IMG/VR virus record: IMGVR_UViG_3300030060_003743
Span: 1 to 61,212 of that record
DNA length: 61,212 nucleotides
Direction: 5' to 3' (one strand)
From: a virus
Taxonomy: Duplodnaviria; Caudoviricetes
Positions 8,994-19,905 of the stretch are shown one piece after another. Under the pieces are notes generated by a model that saw nothing but the letters and a program-made list of their open reading frames with translations, was not told where the DNA came from and did not search any database. A program made the position numbers and the translations under genes. Position 1 is the first letter of the stretch. The number at the start of each line of letters is the position of its first letter.

Positions 8994-11900
8994 CGCTCCT
9001 CCCTTGTCTTTGTGCTAATAATGAACCTATTGGATCATCCGGAAAAATGCTTTCATAAGTTAATTGATCACCTTCATTTTGTCGTGGGGGTGGTACCATA
9101 GGTGCAGGTGATGTAGGAGCCTCTGGCACCGTGGCAGGTGGCTCTTGTGGCTCAGGTGCCGGTGTTTGTGCAGGTGGTGGATTAGGACTGTTGTACTCCT
9201 TTTCTTTTCTTTGCCTAGACCTTTCAAGAGTTTTGTAAGCATCTTGTATTTCTTGAGGTAATAACCTCCTACGATAAATGTCAGGAAACATTCTTCTTTG
9301 TAATCTAGGGCTTAAATCATCGTAATCAAAATCTGCTTTTGGTACAAAAGTAGGACCCTCGTTTAACAGTCTACTTATTTCTTCAAAAGTAATCTTGCTA
9401 ACATCTACTCTAGACGGTTTATCAGCTTCTTTCTGTTCTAATCCGGGAGGATCGCCGAATAATTTTTCTAATAGGTAAGCAGTAGAAACTCTTTTTCTTG
9501 GCATTACATGATCCATGATATAAGTACTTTGAATGTCTTTAACTCTTTGTTCTGGCGATGCGATATCTAACAAAGCTCTTGCAGCTTTAGGGTCTGCAAG
9601 AAATCTTCCTAATTTACTTAAGCCAACTATCGATATAACTGTTGCAGGTAAGCCTATACTTCCTATTGAAGCTCCACCAATTAATAATTTTGTTGGATCT
9701 AAAATACCACTAAGACCTTGTAAACCTAACCTTCTTGTTAAGAATTGAGAAGTGTTGCCCGGTGCAGCACTTTCAAGTTGTTCAAACACTTCAGTCATTT
9801 TTTTCAAAGCATTTAATTGTGTGTCTGCTTCTTTTACAGTTCTACCTGATTGTATAAACATTTCTTTTAGAGCAGCTTCACCCCCTTCATCACCCAAGCC
9901 TAAATAATTTTTAAATTTAGTTACGTTAAAGTCACCAGCTTTTTCAGGAGAAAAGTCCAATACATTAAAGTTAATATCGTCTTTTATTTTTAATATTGAG
10001 TCTGGTTTAAATGACCTTGCTACTGAAAACTCTTTAGCCGCTGGATTCAAATCCATACCTCTAACAAATTCTGGAAACTCATCTAAACGTTTGTAATCTG
10101 TAACTCCTGCTTTTTGAGCTTTTGCTGTTATCTCTTGTATGCTTAAAGCTTGCGCACTCGGTGCGTTGGTAAAAGCTTGAGCGTAAGCGTCAAATAAATG
10201 TCTAGACGTCATTCTCTCCATGGTAGTTTGACCTATTTGACGTAAATTATACCTTTGACCAGGTCCAGAAGTTAAATCTTTAATATCTCTTTTAGGATTT
10301 TTGCCACCAAGTAACCCTGCGAAATCTGATATAGTTTGAGCATCTTTGCTTCTAAAAACAACTTTAGAAAGATGGTTAAACATACCTGCTGGAGTTACTT
10401 TTTCTGAGCCAGATATATCAAACAATGTTAAATTAGTAAATAAATCGCCATCCTGAGCTTTTAAAGCTCTAGCTACCGCTGCGTCATTAAAAGGCATAAC
10501 GCTAGCAAAGAAAAAACCATCTCCCATTCTCTGCGACTCATAAAAAGATTTTAAATCAATTTTTGTTTGCATACGTGCACTGGCAGGAATATTTGCTCCA
10601 TCCATAGCTTTGTTAAAAGCAACCTCTCCTGCGTCAAAAAATCTTAAATCTTTTTCTAACGCAAATTTTATGTCAAATAAACTGGTTAACTGTTTTCTAG
10701 AAATTTTATCTGCTCCTTCTCCTATGGCTTTATTAATAATTCTATGCAGATCAAAGAATTCTGCCCCACTTATATAAAGAGGTGATATTTCGTCTGCTGC
10801 TCGTGCATCAGCACGAAATCCATCAAGTCCAGATGCTAAATCATCTAAAAAAGTTCCTTTACCAGCTAACCTTCCAGCTTCAGTTGCTCCTACACCAAAC
10901 CCTTCACCTTTTATAAATTGAGGTAAGTTGCTAAATTCTTCTAAAGCTTTTCTTGCTGCTCCTAGAGAACTGTTCATTGGTATGAGCTTTTTATCTTTTA
11001 AAGTTTCAAAGTTGTCTAATTTTAATTTAACGTTTTCATAAAGACGGTCTATCATGCGGTAGTTTTCTTTGAAGTTCTCTGCCATTACATTCCTTAACTG
11101 ATAGCCAAATAAATTAGCGTGTTGTACAGGACCGAAAGCTTTAATGTGTTCTAAAAAATTAGCACTTATTCGTTTTTGAGATTCAGCAAATTTTGGTGCG
11201 TAACCTCTAGAAGCACCGGGTAATACCCCTATGGTTCTACCATAACTGTTGACTAATTTACCCATAACAAAATCAGTATTAGCTAAAGCTGCTAAACTTA
11301 AAGTATCTTCTTGACCAGCATTAATTGCATATTTAAGTCTTCTTTTAGAAACCTCTCCACCAGTTCCCGTCAAAAACTTGGCTGCAAACTTGCCCATGGG
11401 TATCAAACCATAAGACAATATACCCTGTGTTCCTAAACCCCAAACTAAAGATTGAGTGTAATCATCCACTGCTCTGGTCAATATTCTTTCTGTTGGAGTT
11501 AGAGCATCAAAATCTCTTTTGTTTAAATCTTTTAAATCTAATTGTGAGGTGATGGCTAAACTTTTGTTAAAGTTATCTAAATCATACAACCCTCCACCAG
11601 CCACACCACCGACAGGAGCTACAAAAGTTAAACCTTTTAACTCAGCTTTTGTAGCTTCAGTCAATCCATATTTTCTAGCGACCTTAGCTTGTGCAGGTAT
11701 TCTACTTAAAGCAGGTAGTAAACCCAAAGATACTTTATCTAAAAATCCTGTGGTCAATTGAAATACTTTACCTATACCACGAGGTGCTTTACTCATTCCT
11801 TTAAATATTTTACCTAAACTTTGCGAAGTGCTTCTTGTTTCAATACCCAGTTTTTCTTTCAACGCTTGTGGTGCTTTAGTTCCAAAACGAGTACCAAATT

Positions 11901-12204
11901 TTTCTATGTCCGCTTTTATGGCTTTGTTGTTTTTACCCATATAGCCAAGGTAAGCTGTCGCCTCTCCACCTAACACTGCGTAGTCCCTTCCCTCACCTTG
12001 TTTTGGATCAAAGCCTGCTTCTGCTTCTGCAGCTAAATAATCTCTACCGACAAATATTTTATCTTCTATGGCTTGCACACTTTCAGGACCTGTCAAGATC
12101 CCCTCTTTTAAAGCTTGATCAATAACATTTCTTTCTTCAGTGGATAATTTAGTTACATTTAATCTGTTCTCATCAATTGCTTTTTGTAAAGTAGATATGT
12201 CCAT
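8977..12204 (-). CDS. Large internal virion/DNA-ejection protein (putative)
   Basis: 1075 aa, helical and Gly/Ala-rich with a Pro-rich tail; sits after the tail genes, as podovirus core proteins do. Confidence 0.55.
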   Translation of the reverse strand: MDISTLQKAIDENRLNVTKLSTEERNVIDQALKEGILTGPESVQAIEDKIFVGRDYLAAEAEAGFDPKQGEGRDYAVLGGEATAYLGYMGKNNKAIKADIEKFGTRFGTKAPQALKEKLGIETRSTSQSLGKIFKGMSKAPRGIGKVFQLTTGFLDKVSLGLLPALSRIPAQAKVARKYGLTEATKAELKGLTFVAPVGGVAGGGLYDLDNFNKSLAITSQLDLKDLNKRDFDALTPTERILTRAVDDYTQSLVWGLGTQGILSYGLIPMGKFAAKFLTGTGGEVSKRRLKYAINAGQEDTLSLAALANTDFVMGKLVNSYGRTIGVLPGASRGYAPKFAESQKRISANFLEHIKAFGPVQHANLFGYQLRNVMAENFKENYRMIDRLYENVKLKLDNFETLKDKKLIPMNSSLGAARKALEEFSNLPQFIKGEGFGVGATEAGRLAGKGTFLDDLASGLDGFRADARAADEISPLYISGAEFFDLHRIINKAIGEGADKISRKQLTSLFDIKFALEKDLRFFDAGEVAFNKAMDGANIPASARMQTKIDLKSFYESQRMGDGFFFASVMPFNDAAVARALKAQDGDLFTNLTLFDISGSEKVTPAGMFNHLSKVVFRSKDAQTISDFAGLLGGKNPKRDIKDLTSGPGQRYNLRQIGQTTMERMTSRHLFDAYAQAFTNAPSAQALSIQEITAKAQKAGVTDYKRLDEFPEFVRGMDLNPAAKEFSVARSFKPDSILKIKDDINFNVLDFSPEKAGDFNVTKFKNYLGLGDEGGEAALKEMFIQSGRTVKEADTQLNALKKMTEVFEQLESAAPGNTSQFLTRRLGLQGLSGILDPTKLLIGGASIGSIGLPATVISIVGLSKLGRFLADPKAARALLDIASPEQRVKDIQSTYIMDHVMPRKRVSTAYLLEKLFGDPPGLEQKEADKPSRVDVSKITFEEISRLLNEGPTFVPKADFDYDDLSPRLQRRMFPDIYRRRLLPQEIQDAYKTLERSRQRKEKEYNSPNPPPAQTPAPEPQEPPATVPEAPTSPAPMVPPPRQNEGDQLTYESIFPDDPIGSLLAQRQGRSDANRS

Positions 12205-14994
12205 TTATCTTCCTCCTCTACCTCTAGTAACTGGTCTAGCTTTTTCTGTTTCTTCTCCTTTTTCTGGAAGAATTTTATCTTCTAAATCTAAATTATCAAT
12301 TCTATCTTTAGTGTCGATATCGCTTTCATCAGGAATTGTTTCTGGTTGAACAGTGGTGTCAGGAGCACCTGGATCAGCACCTTGCAATTTAAACCTATTG
12401 TACCTAGTATCCTTAATAACATGATAATATCTATGTTGTTTGTTAAGTAAGGTATCAATTGATTGACCACCGTCAATAGATTCTTTAAGTTTATCCCTAT
12501 ACTTTCTAAGCATATCCTCTAATAATTTCTCATAATTACCCGTTATTTGAGCTGGTGTTTTTCCAAAAGTTACTATTTCTGTATTCTTAGCCATTTCTTC
12601 TAAGTCATAAACAGTCAAACGATCTTTTTCTTTGTAAACGTTTGCTAACAAATATTTCATACGTGTTTCTATAATCTCTAACCTAGAAATCATTTTAATA
12701 ATGTCATCGCCTGATATATATTCAGGTAAACCTGTTTCTGAATTCTTTATCTCATAATTTTCACCTACTTTATATCCTTTATATTCAGTAACTTTACCAG
12801 CATCTACCTCCTGTATTCTGCTTAAAGCTTTTTCTTGCAGTGCATCACCATCAGCTAAGTTTTTTTGTAGCTTCTTGTAAGCATCTCGTCCTTTCTTTTT
12901 CAATTCTAGAGAGGCTTTATCAGTGCCTGTTATGTTCAACCAAGCGTCTTTTTCCCCGTTCGGACCGACTATTTTACCTTTGTCTAAAATTTCATTTATA
13001 ATCCTATCTCTACTTGAATCTATATTACCGTAACTCTTAGCATTTATTTCACTAAACTGGTCTATACTTTTAAAAATTTCAGATGGAACACCTAGTGCTT
13101 TTTCTACAACTTGCCTAATCGCACCACCACTAGAAGTTAGGTTAGGGAAATTTCGCATAATGTTTAAAACATCCTCAATGTTTACTATACTTTCATCAAG
13201 TTTACTCATCATAGCCAATTTATCTAACAAGACGTCATCATCAGCAACTGGAATATCTTTACCGTCAGCTATTGCAGCTTTAAAAGGTGCGTATTCTTCT
13301 GTATCAAATATAGGATCATTTAATTTTACATAAGTTACATCGCCGTCTGGCATTTGTACTTGCACTATAGTCGATCCAAATTCATCTTTTCCAGCATTAA
13401 AAGTTTTGTAAGGAATATACTGATTACTTGGGTCTGAAACAAGTATTCTGCTATCCAAATTTTTTGGTTTAGAAGCTTTTCTTATATCGTTAAGATACTT
13501 TTCTTTTTCTTTTAAATAATCTGTAACAGCATCACTTCCGCTTATTAAATTGTCTCTTTGTTCTTTTAAAAGAGCTTTCATATCTTCATCTAAAGTTGCG
13601 TCTAAATCTCTTTGATATTGCATATAGTCGGCAGCTAAACTTGCTCTAGTTTGTTTTTCTTCTTGATAAAGCTGTAGCATGTCCTCTGAATATATTGTAC
13701 TAGCTCTTGCCGCAGCTTCTGCAAAACCCGCCATGCCTGTTGCATTAGTAGGTGCAGACAAGTTGTTGAAAAAATTATAAGCTGCATAATTAGCTGTTTC
13801 ATTTGGTAAATCTAAGCCAGCATTTTTTCTAAAGTCATCATAAAATTGATCAAAGGATTTTCTTTGTTTATTATTTAATTTAGCTTTTTCAATTTCTATT
13901 AGTCTATTAGCTTCTTCGTACCCCTCTAAAAAATTAAAATAGTCTTTTTCTGGTCCTGCGGGATCACGATCATCTTTGAGTTTATTGTCTAGCTCCTCAT
14001 TCTCTGCTAAGTTTGATAAATAATTTAAAGTGCCGCTATCTCCGCCTTCTATTCTTTGTTCTATGGCATCACTAACCTGTTTTATAGACTTTTCATTAAT
14101 TTGACTGGCAGGAGTTAAATCATCGCCAACATCAAATCTAACTTTTTGGTTAAGCTCTGCTTTTTTTTGCATGGCTTCAGTTTCTAACTGTTCTTTCTCT
14201 GTGATTTTAAGAAGTTCTTTATCCAAAACCTCTTGAAAAGTTTCGCGTGTATCCTCTTTGGTGAGATTTCTACCTGATCTTCTAGCGTCTGTTACTTTCT
14301 CTGGATCAGGAATACCTTTTTCTTTTGTAGCGTAATAACTGTCACCTACTTGTATATAATGAGAGTCTTTAAGATCAGAGGGTTTTGTAGATCTTGTTAC
14401 TTTCTCTGATTCAAGAGAATAAGGATATTGAGTCGCTAAAGTCGGGTCAGACAATACTTTTTGTGCAAACTGTGGACCAGGTTTATTACTTGGTATAAAT
14501 TCGGAACCTATTCCAGCTATTAAACCTGTAGCTATAGCTCTTCCTGCTCTATTATAACCACTACCAGTTGAATCTATAAAATTTGCAAGTCTGTTAATAG
14601 CTTTGCCTTTTAATCCAAAACCTTTTACAAGTTCTGGAGTAAATAAACTTGAAATACCAAGTTCACCAACACCTTGTACCACACGTTGTTGTGGTTCTGC
14701 AGCACCATACATGCTAAACGAACTATCTTCTGGCCTGTCTATACCTCTAAGACCTTGTGCCACATCAAAAGCACCACTTGCAGCAAAACCTAAGTCCGCT
14801 ATGCCTGCAGTTTGCACTGCTCTTTTACCTAAAGCTTTTCCTGTGCCACCTGGTTTTAAACCTCGATAAGCGCCAGGTCGCATGACTCCACGACCTCTCA
14901 TGATGTTTTGACCAGTTCTAACTAAAGCAGGTAGACCGTAACGTAAAGCTGCACGTCCCGCCATCATTACTGCTGGTGCTAAGAAAAAAGCCAT
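12205..14994 (-). CDS. Internal virion/DNA-ejection protein (putative)
   Basis: 929 aa; amphipathic Gly/Ala N-terminus and coiled coils; same operon. Confidence 0.55.
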   Translation of the reverse strand: MAFFLAPAVMMAGRAALRYGLPALVRTGQNIMRGRGVMRPGAYRGLKPGGTGKALGKRAVQTAGIADLGFAASGAFDVAQGLRGIDRPEDSSFSMYGAAEPQQRVVQGVGELGISSLFTPELVKGFGLKGKAINRLANFIDSTGSGYNRAGRAIATGLIAGIGSEFIPSNKPGPQFAQKVLSDPTLATQYPYSLESEKVTRSTKPSDLKDSHYIQVGDSYYATKEKGIPDPEKVTDARRSGRNLTKEDTRETFQEVLDKELLKITEKEQLETEAMQKKAELNQKVRFDVGDDLTPASQINEKSIKQVSDAIEQRIEGGDSGTLNYLSNLAENEELDNKLKDDRDPAGPEKDYFNFLEGYEEANRLIEIEKAKLNNKQRKSFDQFYDDFRKNAGLDLPNETANYAAYNFFNNLSAPTNATGMAGFAEAAARASTIYSEDMLQLYQEEKQTRASLAADYMQYQRDLDATLDEDMKALLKEQRDNLISGSDAVTDYLKEKEKYLNDIRKASKPKNLDSRILVSDPSNQYIPYKTFNAGKDEFGSTIVQVQMPDGDVTYVKLNDPIFDTEEYAPFKAAIADGKDIPVADDDVLLDKLAMMSKLDESIVNIEDVLNIMRNFPNLTSSGGAIRQVVEKALGVPSEIFKSIDQFSEINAKSYGNIDSSRDRIINEILDKGKIVGPNGEKDAWLNITGTDKASLELKKKGRDAYKKLQKNLADGDALQEKALSRIQEVDAGKVTEYKGYKVGENYEIKNSETGLPEYISGDDIIKMISRLEIIETRMKYLLANVYKEKDRLTVYDLEEMAKNTEIVTFGKTPAQITGNYEKLLEDMLRKYRDKLKESIDGGQSIDTLLNKQHRYYHVIKDTRYNRFKLQGADPGAPDTTVQPETIPDESDIDTKDRIDNLDLEDKILPEKGEETEKARPVTRGRGGR

Positions 14995-16052
14995 TACCCC
15001 ATCACTCCTGTGCCAGCAAACAGATTAGGTTTATTTGCAGTTAACACTTTACCTACTTGACCAATAGTTTGTGCATACGGATTAGCTCCGGGAGCCGAGG
15101 TTGCTGTCACTTGACTCGATGCAGTTGGTAGTGCCGTCATGATACCTTTTTGGAATTCAATACGTTGATAAGGCTCATAAGCTCTAGCTATGTCAGTTTG
15201 TCTTTGACGATCTAAAGCTGCTTGTGCGATACCTCTTTGTTGTGCTCCCACACCCATTTGTTGCTGTATATCTTGAGCTTGCATTGCTTGTTGTTGCGCA
15301 CCCAACCCAACAAACTGTTGTCCTATGCCTTGTTCAGCACCTGTTCTAAATTGTCTGTCTGACATGGCAGCACTCAAAGCGTTACCAAAAATACCTGCTT
15401 GAAGCTGTCCTATTTGGCCTAATCGGGCTCTTTCTAGTTCTGCTGATGCTACTCCCTCTCTACCACCACCAAACGCTCCAGATCTTACTGCATTTGCACT
15501 TAAGGCATCTTGACCCATGGCCGCTTGTCTATTAATTTCGTCAATAGCAAATTGACTATACGGATTTAAAAAAGATTCAATATTTAAAGGTGCGCGTGCT
15601 GCCGCTTGTGCCGCTTCAGTTGCAGCAATACCTTGTTGTAAAGCCGGAGTTCCTACCCCTGTTTCACCAGCTAAAGTAAAAGCACCTTGTTCTAAAGCTG
15701 TGGGTGCTGCCACTTCATAAGCTGGTATGTTGATCGGCTGAGAAGTTAAATCTGCTGCTGTATCAAATAAGGCTAATTTTCTAGCTTCTATCTCTGGAGC
15801 TTCACGAGCAAATGTAGTTGTGGTATCTGGTGTGGTAGTTCCACCCCCACCACCACCGAAGTATTGTGTTAAACCAGTTTCATCATTAACTGTGCCACAA
15901 CCACCATGTGCAATAAGAAGTTTTCTTTCGTATTCGTTTACATGAGCTAAATGTACATCTTCTGGATGTCCGTGAGCCGTGATTTCTTTATAAAGCTGTT
16001 TAAACAACTTTATCTTTTCTTGCATATTTAATTGTTTTGTATCAATACTCAT
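14994..16052 (-). CDS. Internal virion/pilot-like protein
   Basis: Likely start 16052 (ATGA overlap with upstream stop). EDVHLAHVNEYE..LL..HGG.GTVN.ETGL.QYF motif and GAFGGGR motif; Gln/Ala-rich. Confidence 0.6.
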   Translation of the reverse strand: MSIDTKQLNMQEKIKLFKQLYKEITAHGHPEDVHLAHVNEYERKLLIAHGGCGTVNDETGLTQYFGGGGGGTTTPDTTTTFAREAPEIEARKLALFDTAADLTSQPINIPAYEVAAPTALEQGAFTLAGETGVGTPALQQGIAATEAAQAAARAPLNIESFLNPYSQFAIDEINRQAAMGQDALSANAVRSGAFGGGREGVASAELERARLGQIGQLQAGIFGNALSAAMSDRQFRTGAEQGIGQQFVGLGAQQQAMQAQDIQQQMGVGAQQRGIAQAALDRQRQTDIARAYEPYQRIEFQKGIMTALPTASSQVTATSAPGANPYAQTIGQVGKVLTANKPNLFAGTGVMG

Positions 16053-16462
16053 AATTCTTTCTCTATTTGTACATGTGTCTTTACATACCCTTTGTGTTTT
16101 AAAACTCTTTCCCATCCAGGTCTTGCAAACACCTCCATTTTCTTACAACCCTGCTCCTTTGCCCATGCAGCTATATCATCAATGTGATGAAACCACCTTT
16201 TATACATTACGCCTGTGGTGATTTTAATATCACAGACTTTAATTTTAGGGTAGTTTCGTACTTCAGTTACAACCGAGGCGTACACTTTGTCATTGTCTCC
16301 AACTATCAACCAAAGTTGAAATGTACCTTTCTTGCATGCCGCTAATACATCTTTAGCATCAAACCCTCCGTTTGTATCGCATGCCAGCTGTATCATTTCT
16401 ACTGCCAAAGGCCACACTTTTTCTACATCATTTTGATTAAATAATACAATTTTAGTTTGCAT
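16049..16462 (-). CDS. GNAT-like virion-module protein
   Basis: FQLWLI, WAKEQGC...RPGWERVL pattern. Confidence 0.55.
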   Translation of the reverse strand: MQTKIVLFNQNDVEKVWPLAVEMIQLACDTNGGFDAKDVLAACKKGTFQLWLIVGDNDKVYASVVTEVRNYPKIKVCDIKITTGVMYKRWFHHIDDIAAWAKEQGCKKMEVFARPGWERVLKHKGYVKTHVQIEKEL

Positions 16463-17444
16463 TAACTAAGTCGTAAATCCTTTTCATTTGATCTTGCTGA
16501 TTGTAAAAAAATTTAGCACCTTTACTACGCATATCTTTAAAGTCCTCAGGATTTGCACCTGACATGATGCCTGCTCCAAGAACAGCATCTGCACGAGAAA
16601 CAAACTCACCATCAGCGAGTTGTGCTAACATAGTGTCTGTATCTTTATCACCTGTGCCAGAGCCGTCTTCAACATAACCTTGCGCTCTAACATAATTATT
16701 AATATCATTTTCATCGTGTTCCATTTTGCTAGGTAAGTAATTTACACCACCTTCATTGAAAGCTGCTATACCTCCCTTTGCTCTGTAAAGAACATTACTT
16801 GGAGTATAATCATAAATATCTGTCACAGGCTCTCCCATTACTGGCGCTCTGTCTGTAAGACCTTTTAATTTTTCTAAGTTTTCTTGATACATTTCAGCAC
16901 TAGGCCCCATAGGACGATTTAATTCTGGTTGAACTTGTGGTGGTAAACTTTGTGGAATTATAGAAGATCCTATACCATAACCTATTAAAGCTTGGTTATC
17001 CATTAAAGCTTTACCAAACTTAGCGCTATCTCCTAACAAATTAGCCATGACACCAGTGTTTCCTGTTAAACCCGTGCCAATAGTATTAGGTGAAAATTTA
17101 GGAGCACTTGTTCCTGCTGCGCTTTTCAAAAGTGCATCTGATCCAAAGCCTGTTGGAGTTGAAGTAACAACACCTGCCCCAGGCCCACCTGCAGCTATGG
17201 TGTCCGCTAAAGGAGCAGTTGTTCCTGCCTTACTTAAATATTCACCTAGTTTGCCAGTAGCCGTAGCTCCAGCACCACCGAGTAGTCCTGCTTTTATAGA
17301 ATCTCTAGTGGATGCCCCTAATAATTTAGAGGTAAGAAAACTAGACAGACCTGCACTTATGGCTGTACCAAATGTGCCTGCCCCTGCAGATGTTAATATT
17401 GCATTTATGCCGAGAGATATTGGATCAATCATTTCCCATTTCAA
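16452..17444 (-). CDS. Internal virion protein
   Basis: Gly/Ala-rich hydrophobic N-terminus; AKGG/NEGG motifs; G.G..D...AQLADGEFV..ADAV motif. Confidence 0.55.
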   Translation of the reverse strand: MKWEMIDPISLGINAILTSAGAGTFGTAISAGLSSFLTSKLLGASTRDSIKAGLLGGAGATATGKLGEYLSKAGTTAPLADTIAAGGPGAGVVTSTPTGFGSDALLKSAAGTSAPKFSPNTIGTGLTGNTGVMANLLGDSAKFGKALMDNQALIGYGIGSSIIPQSLPPQVQPELNRPMGPSAEMYQENLEKLKGLTDRAPVMGEPVTDIYDYTPSNVLYRAKGGIAAFNEGGVNYLPSKMEHDENDINNYVRAQGYVEDGSGTGDKDTDTMLAQLADGEFVSRADAVLGAGIMSGANPEDFKDMRSKGAKFFYNQQDQMKRIYDLVNAN

Positions 17445-17477
17445 CTCCTTTATAAGCTTATAAGGACTAGTTTACCC

Positions 17478-18290
17478 TTATTCTGTAGCGCTATCAACAC
17501 CATCACAGGGTTTCATTTCATCCCACAAACGTCCTGTATATTGAAATTCACCAACGTGTGTAATGTAATCCATAATGTAACAGTAACATTTACCACCGGT
17601 GTTACGCCACAACCTACAAAAAGCAAAGTCTTCACCTAAAAAACGTTTGTTTTTTGCATCATAATAAGTGTCAAAAAAGTTATACAGATAAGGTTTTTTC
17701 TGTAATTTACCGTCAATTAAACTTTCTTGGTGTATCTCCATGTCAGGATATGACTTTATCAAAGTATCAAAAACTTCTCGTTTAATAAGCATACAGCCAG
17801 TGGGTGCATGGGTGACTTCAATTACACCCTCACCCTCTATCTTAATGGCCTCACTATCTTCTAATCGTAAGGGATAAGTATTACAATTGACATGTGCTTC
17901 GTGAGCCGTGGTCACATCACCATGTAATATTTTTTGAATGAGCCTATCAAACTTAATATCTTTTAAAGGATAAGGCACAGAGATGACGTCCTTGTCAGCC
18001 TCAAGCATACTCCATATGCTGTCAGAGGAAAACGCAATATCTGAATCTATAAAAAGCATGTGTGACATTTCGCTTTTTAAAAAAGAAGCAGCACATAAGT
18101 TTCTGCCCTGCGTTACCAGTGATGATTTTATCATTTCAAAAACAACTTTAATACCTTTTTCCATGCAGTTTTTTTGAAACTCCAACATACTTTGTGTGTA
18201 ATGTATGGATACTTCACTATGGACAGGTGTGGCCACATATATACTTATGTTTTTGTCTTCAAGCCATAAAGGTTTACTTGGGTCTTGCAT
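17478..18290 (-). CDS. GT-A fold glycosyltransferase-like protein
   Basis: VATP, SLVTQGRN, LFIDSDI (DxD), TGCMLIKREVF, GEDFAFC motifs. Confidence 0.8.
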   Translation of the reverse strand: MQDPSKPLWLEDKNISIYVATPVHSEVSIHYTQSMLEFQKNCMEKGIKVVFEMIKSSLVTQGRNLCAASFLKSEMSHMLFIDSDIAFSSDSIWSMLEADKDVISVPYPLKDIKFDRLIQKILHGDVTTAHEAHVNCNTYPLRLEDSEAIKIEGEGVIEVTHAPTGCMLIKREVFDTLIKSYPDMEIHQESLIDGKLQKKPYLYNFFDTYYDAKNKRFLGEDFAFCRLWRNTGGKCYCYIMDYITHVGEFQYTGRLWDEMKPCDGVDSATE

Positions 18291-19209
18291 CTAAAGCACC
18301 CTCTAAAAAAATAATCCACTGCACTGCTTTTTTGTCCCAGTGGTAAAACCTTTTTGTGTACTCTTGTTGTAAGCACAAATGATCATATATAAAATCTTCA
18401 TGCAAATGATCCATGCCAACTTTGATTGCATGAGCAAAGTTTTGCGCTAGTTTAGTGTAATTGTCAGTGTAATTCACATATATAGGAAATTCAGCACAAG
18501 TTTCAAACAACGCGCCATAGTTTGTTACCACACAATATAGACCTGCAGCCATGGCTTCTAAAGCTGATATGCAAGATGTTTCTTGCCAGATGCTAGGGTA
18601 AGCAAACATATGATAATCACTTAATTTGTCCAAAATAACCTCGTTTGGTTGATATCCGATGTAGTTAACATTTGGTAATATTTTTGCTTGATCAATTAAT
18701 TTTGACCAATCGTCTTGATTATTTTTGTTGAATTCTTCCCCGTATATCTCACAACTACTGTATACATCTAATGTAATATTTTCATCTTTTAAATATTGCA
18801 TGGCTAACAAAAGCACATTTAACCCACGCCAAGGAGTTGGTTGAAACACTAATCGTAGTGTCTCGCCTTTTTTGTACCTTCGTAAGTGTGGAAAGTGAGT
18901 AACGCCATTTTTTATAACATGACACTTTTCTGTTGGTACGTCATAAAGCATTCTATACTTTTCATAATTCCAATGTGAATTGAACACATACCAATCGTAA
19001 ACGTCATGGTTTCTTTTATCTTCGAAAAAAGGTTTTATATTAGGCTGGTCGTAACTATTTTTTTGCCATAAGATATTAATCTTGTTTTTATCTACGGGCA
19101 CTTTACCCGGCACTGATGTACAGATTTGAAAGTTGTCTAACAGGTTTTTATCTACATACTTATGTAAAAACTCTAATTGTAGTTCTGTGCCACCTTTAGG
19201 CTCAATCAT
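18274..19209 (-). CDS. GT-B fold (GT4-like) glycosyltransferase
   Basis: GGTE, VFNSHW, VIKNG, PWRGL, YPSIWQETSCISALEAMAAG (Ex7E). Start placed after SD GGAGA. Confidence 0.85.
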   Translation of the reverse strand: MIEPKGGTELQLEFLHKYVDKNLLDNFQICTSVPGKVPVDKNKINILWQKNSYDQPNIKPFFEDKRNHDVYDWYVFNSHWNYEKYRMLYDVPTEKCHVIKNGVTHFPHLRRYKKGETLRLVFQPTPWRGLNVLLLAMQYLKDENITLDVYSSCEIYGEEFNKNNQDDWSKLIDQAKILPNVNYIGYQPNEVILDKLSDYHMFAYPSIWQETSCISALEAMAAGLYCVVTNYGALFETCAEFPIYVNYTDNYTKLAQNFAHAIKVGMDHLHEDFIYDHLCLQQEYTKRFYHWDKKAVQWIIFLEGALDARPK

Positions 19210-19393
19210 TCGTCTCCCCAAACAAATCTAATTTTGGAACTATAATAGTAACATCACGTTGAATATCTTCTTCTTTAGTAGAAGTGTTCGGATCTTTTAT
19301 GTCCTCTTGAGCTTGTTCCTCTGAGGCATATTCAAGACCTGACTTTTTGTTTGTGATTTTAGTTTTTGATTCACAATCTATAGTAATCGTCAT
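19202..19393 (-). CDS. Small conserved hypothetical protein
   Basis: Fills the operon gap and overlaps the next gene. Confidence 0.6.
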   Translation of the reverse strand: MTITIDCESKTKITNKKSGLEYASEEQAQEDIKDPNTSTKEEDIQRDVTIIVPKLDLFGETND

Positions 19394-19402
19394 GGCTGTA
19401 TT

Positions 19403-19744
19403 TTAACCATTTTCTTGCGATCTGTCTAATTGAGCGTAGGAGATTACTCCAGACAGTTTCGCAGCTGTTTCTGCAGTCATTTTTAATATATCGCCTTCTT
19501 CTAATACTAACGTATTGGTAATAATATCGGTCGTGCTTGTAGCAGCAATGTCTTGATTACCAATGACATGCGTAGCTGATGCAGAAGTATCTGTTAGTTT
19601 TGTGGTCAAAGTCACTGCACTACTGTGTATGTTGACTGCTTGTATTTGTTTAATTAATAATCTTGCGTTGCTAGGTGCAGTTAACACCGAAGTTTCGTCA
19701 GTATTTGCCAGGGTGAAACCTTGATTTTTATATTGAATAGTCAT
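19403..19744 (-). CDS. Virion structural protein (beta-rich)
   Basis: LVLEEGDILK motif; located in the tail operon. Confidence 0.6.
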   Translation of the reverse strand: MTIQYKNQGFTLANTDETSVLTAPSNARLLIKQIQAVNIHSSAVTLTTKLTDTSASATHVIGNQDIAATSTTDIITNTLVLEEGDILKMTAETAAKLSGVISYAQLDRSQENG

Positions 19745-19905
19745 GATATAAACCAGTTAAAAGCATCTTGCTCATTTTTTAAATCAGTTTGAAAAGAAAA
19801 ATTTAGTTGATTTTTTAGAGTATTTAAGGACTCAAGTATTTGTCTTTGGTTACTAACATCGTACTCATCTTTAGGTTCGGGTATTGTTACAATTATTTTT
19901 GCCAT
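19741..19905 (-). CDS. Small protein, 54 aa (not in ORF track)
   Basis: MAKIIVTIPEPKDEYDVSNQRQILESL...NWFIS; TAATG and ATGA overlaps with both neighbours. Confidence 0.7.
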   Translation of the reverse strand: MAKIIVTIPEPKDEYDVSNQRQILESLNTLKNQLNFSFQTDLKNEQDAFNWFIS

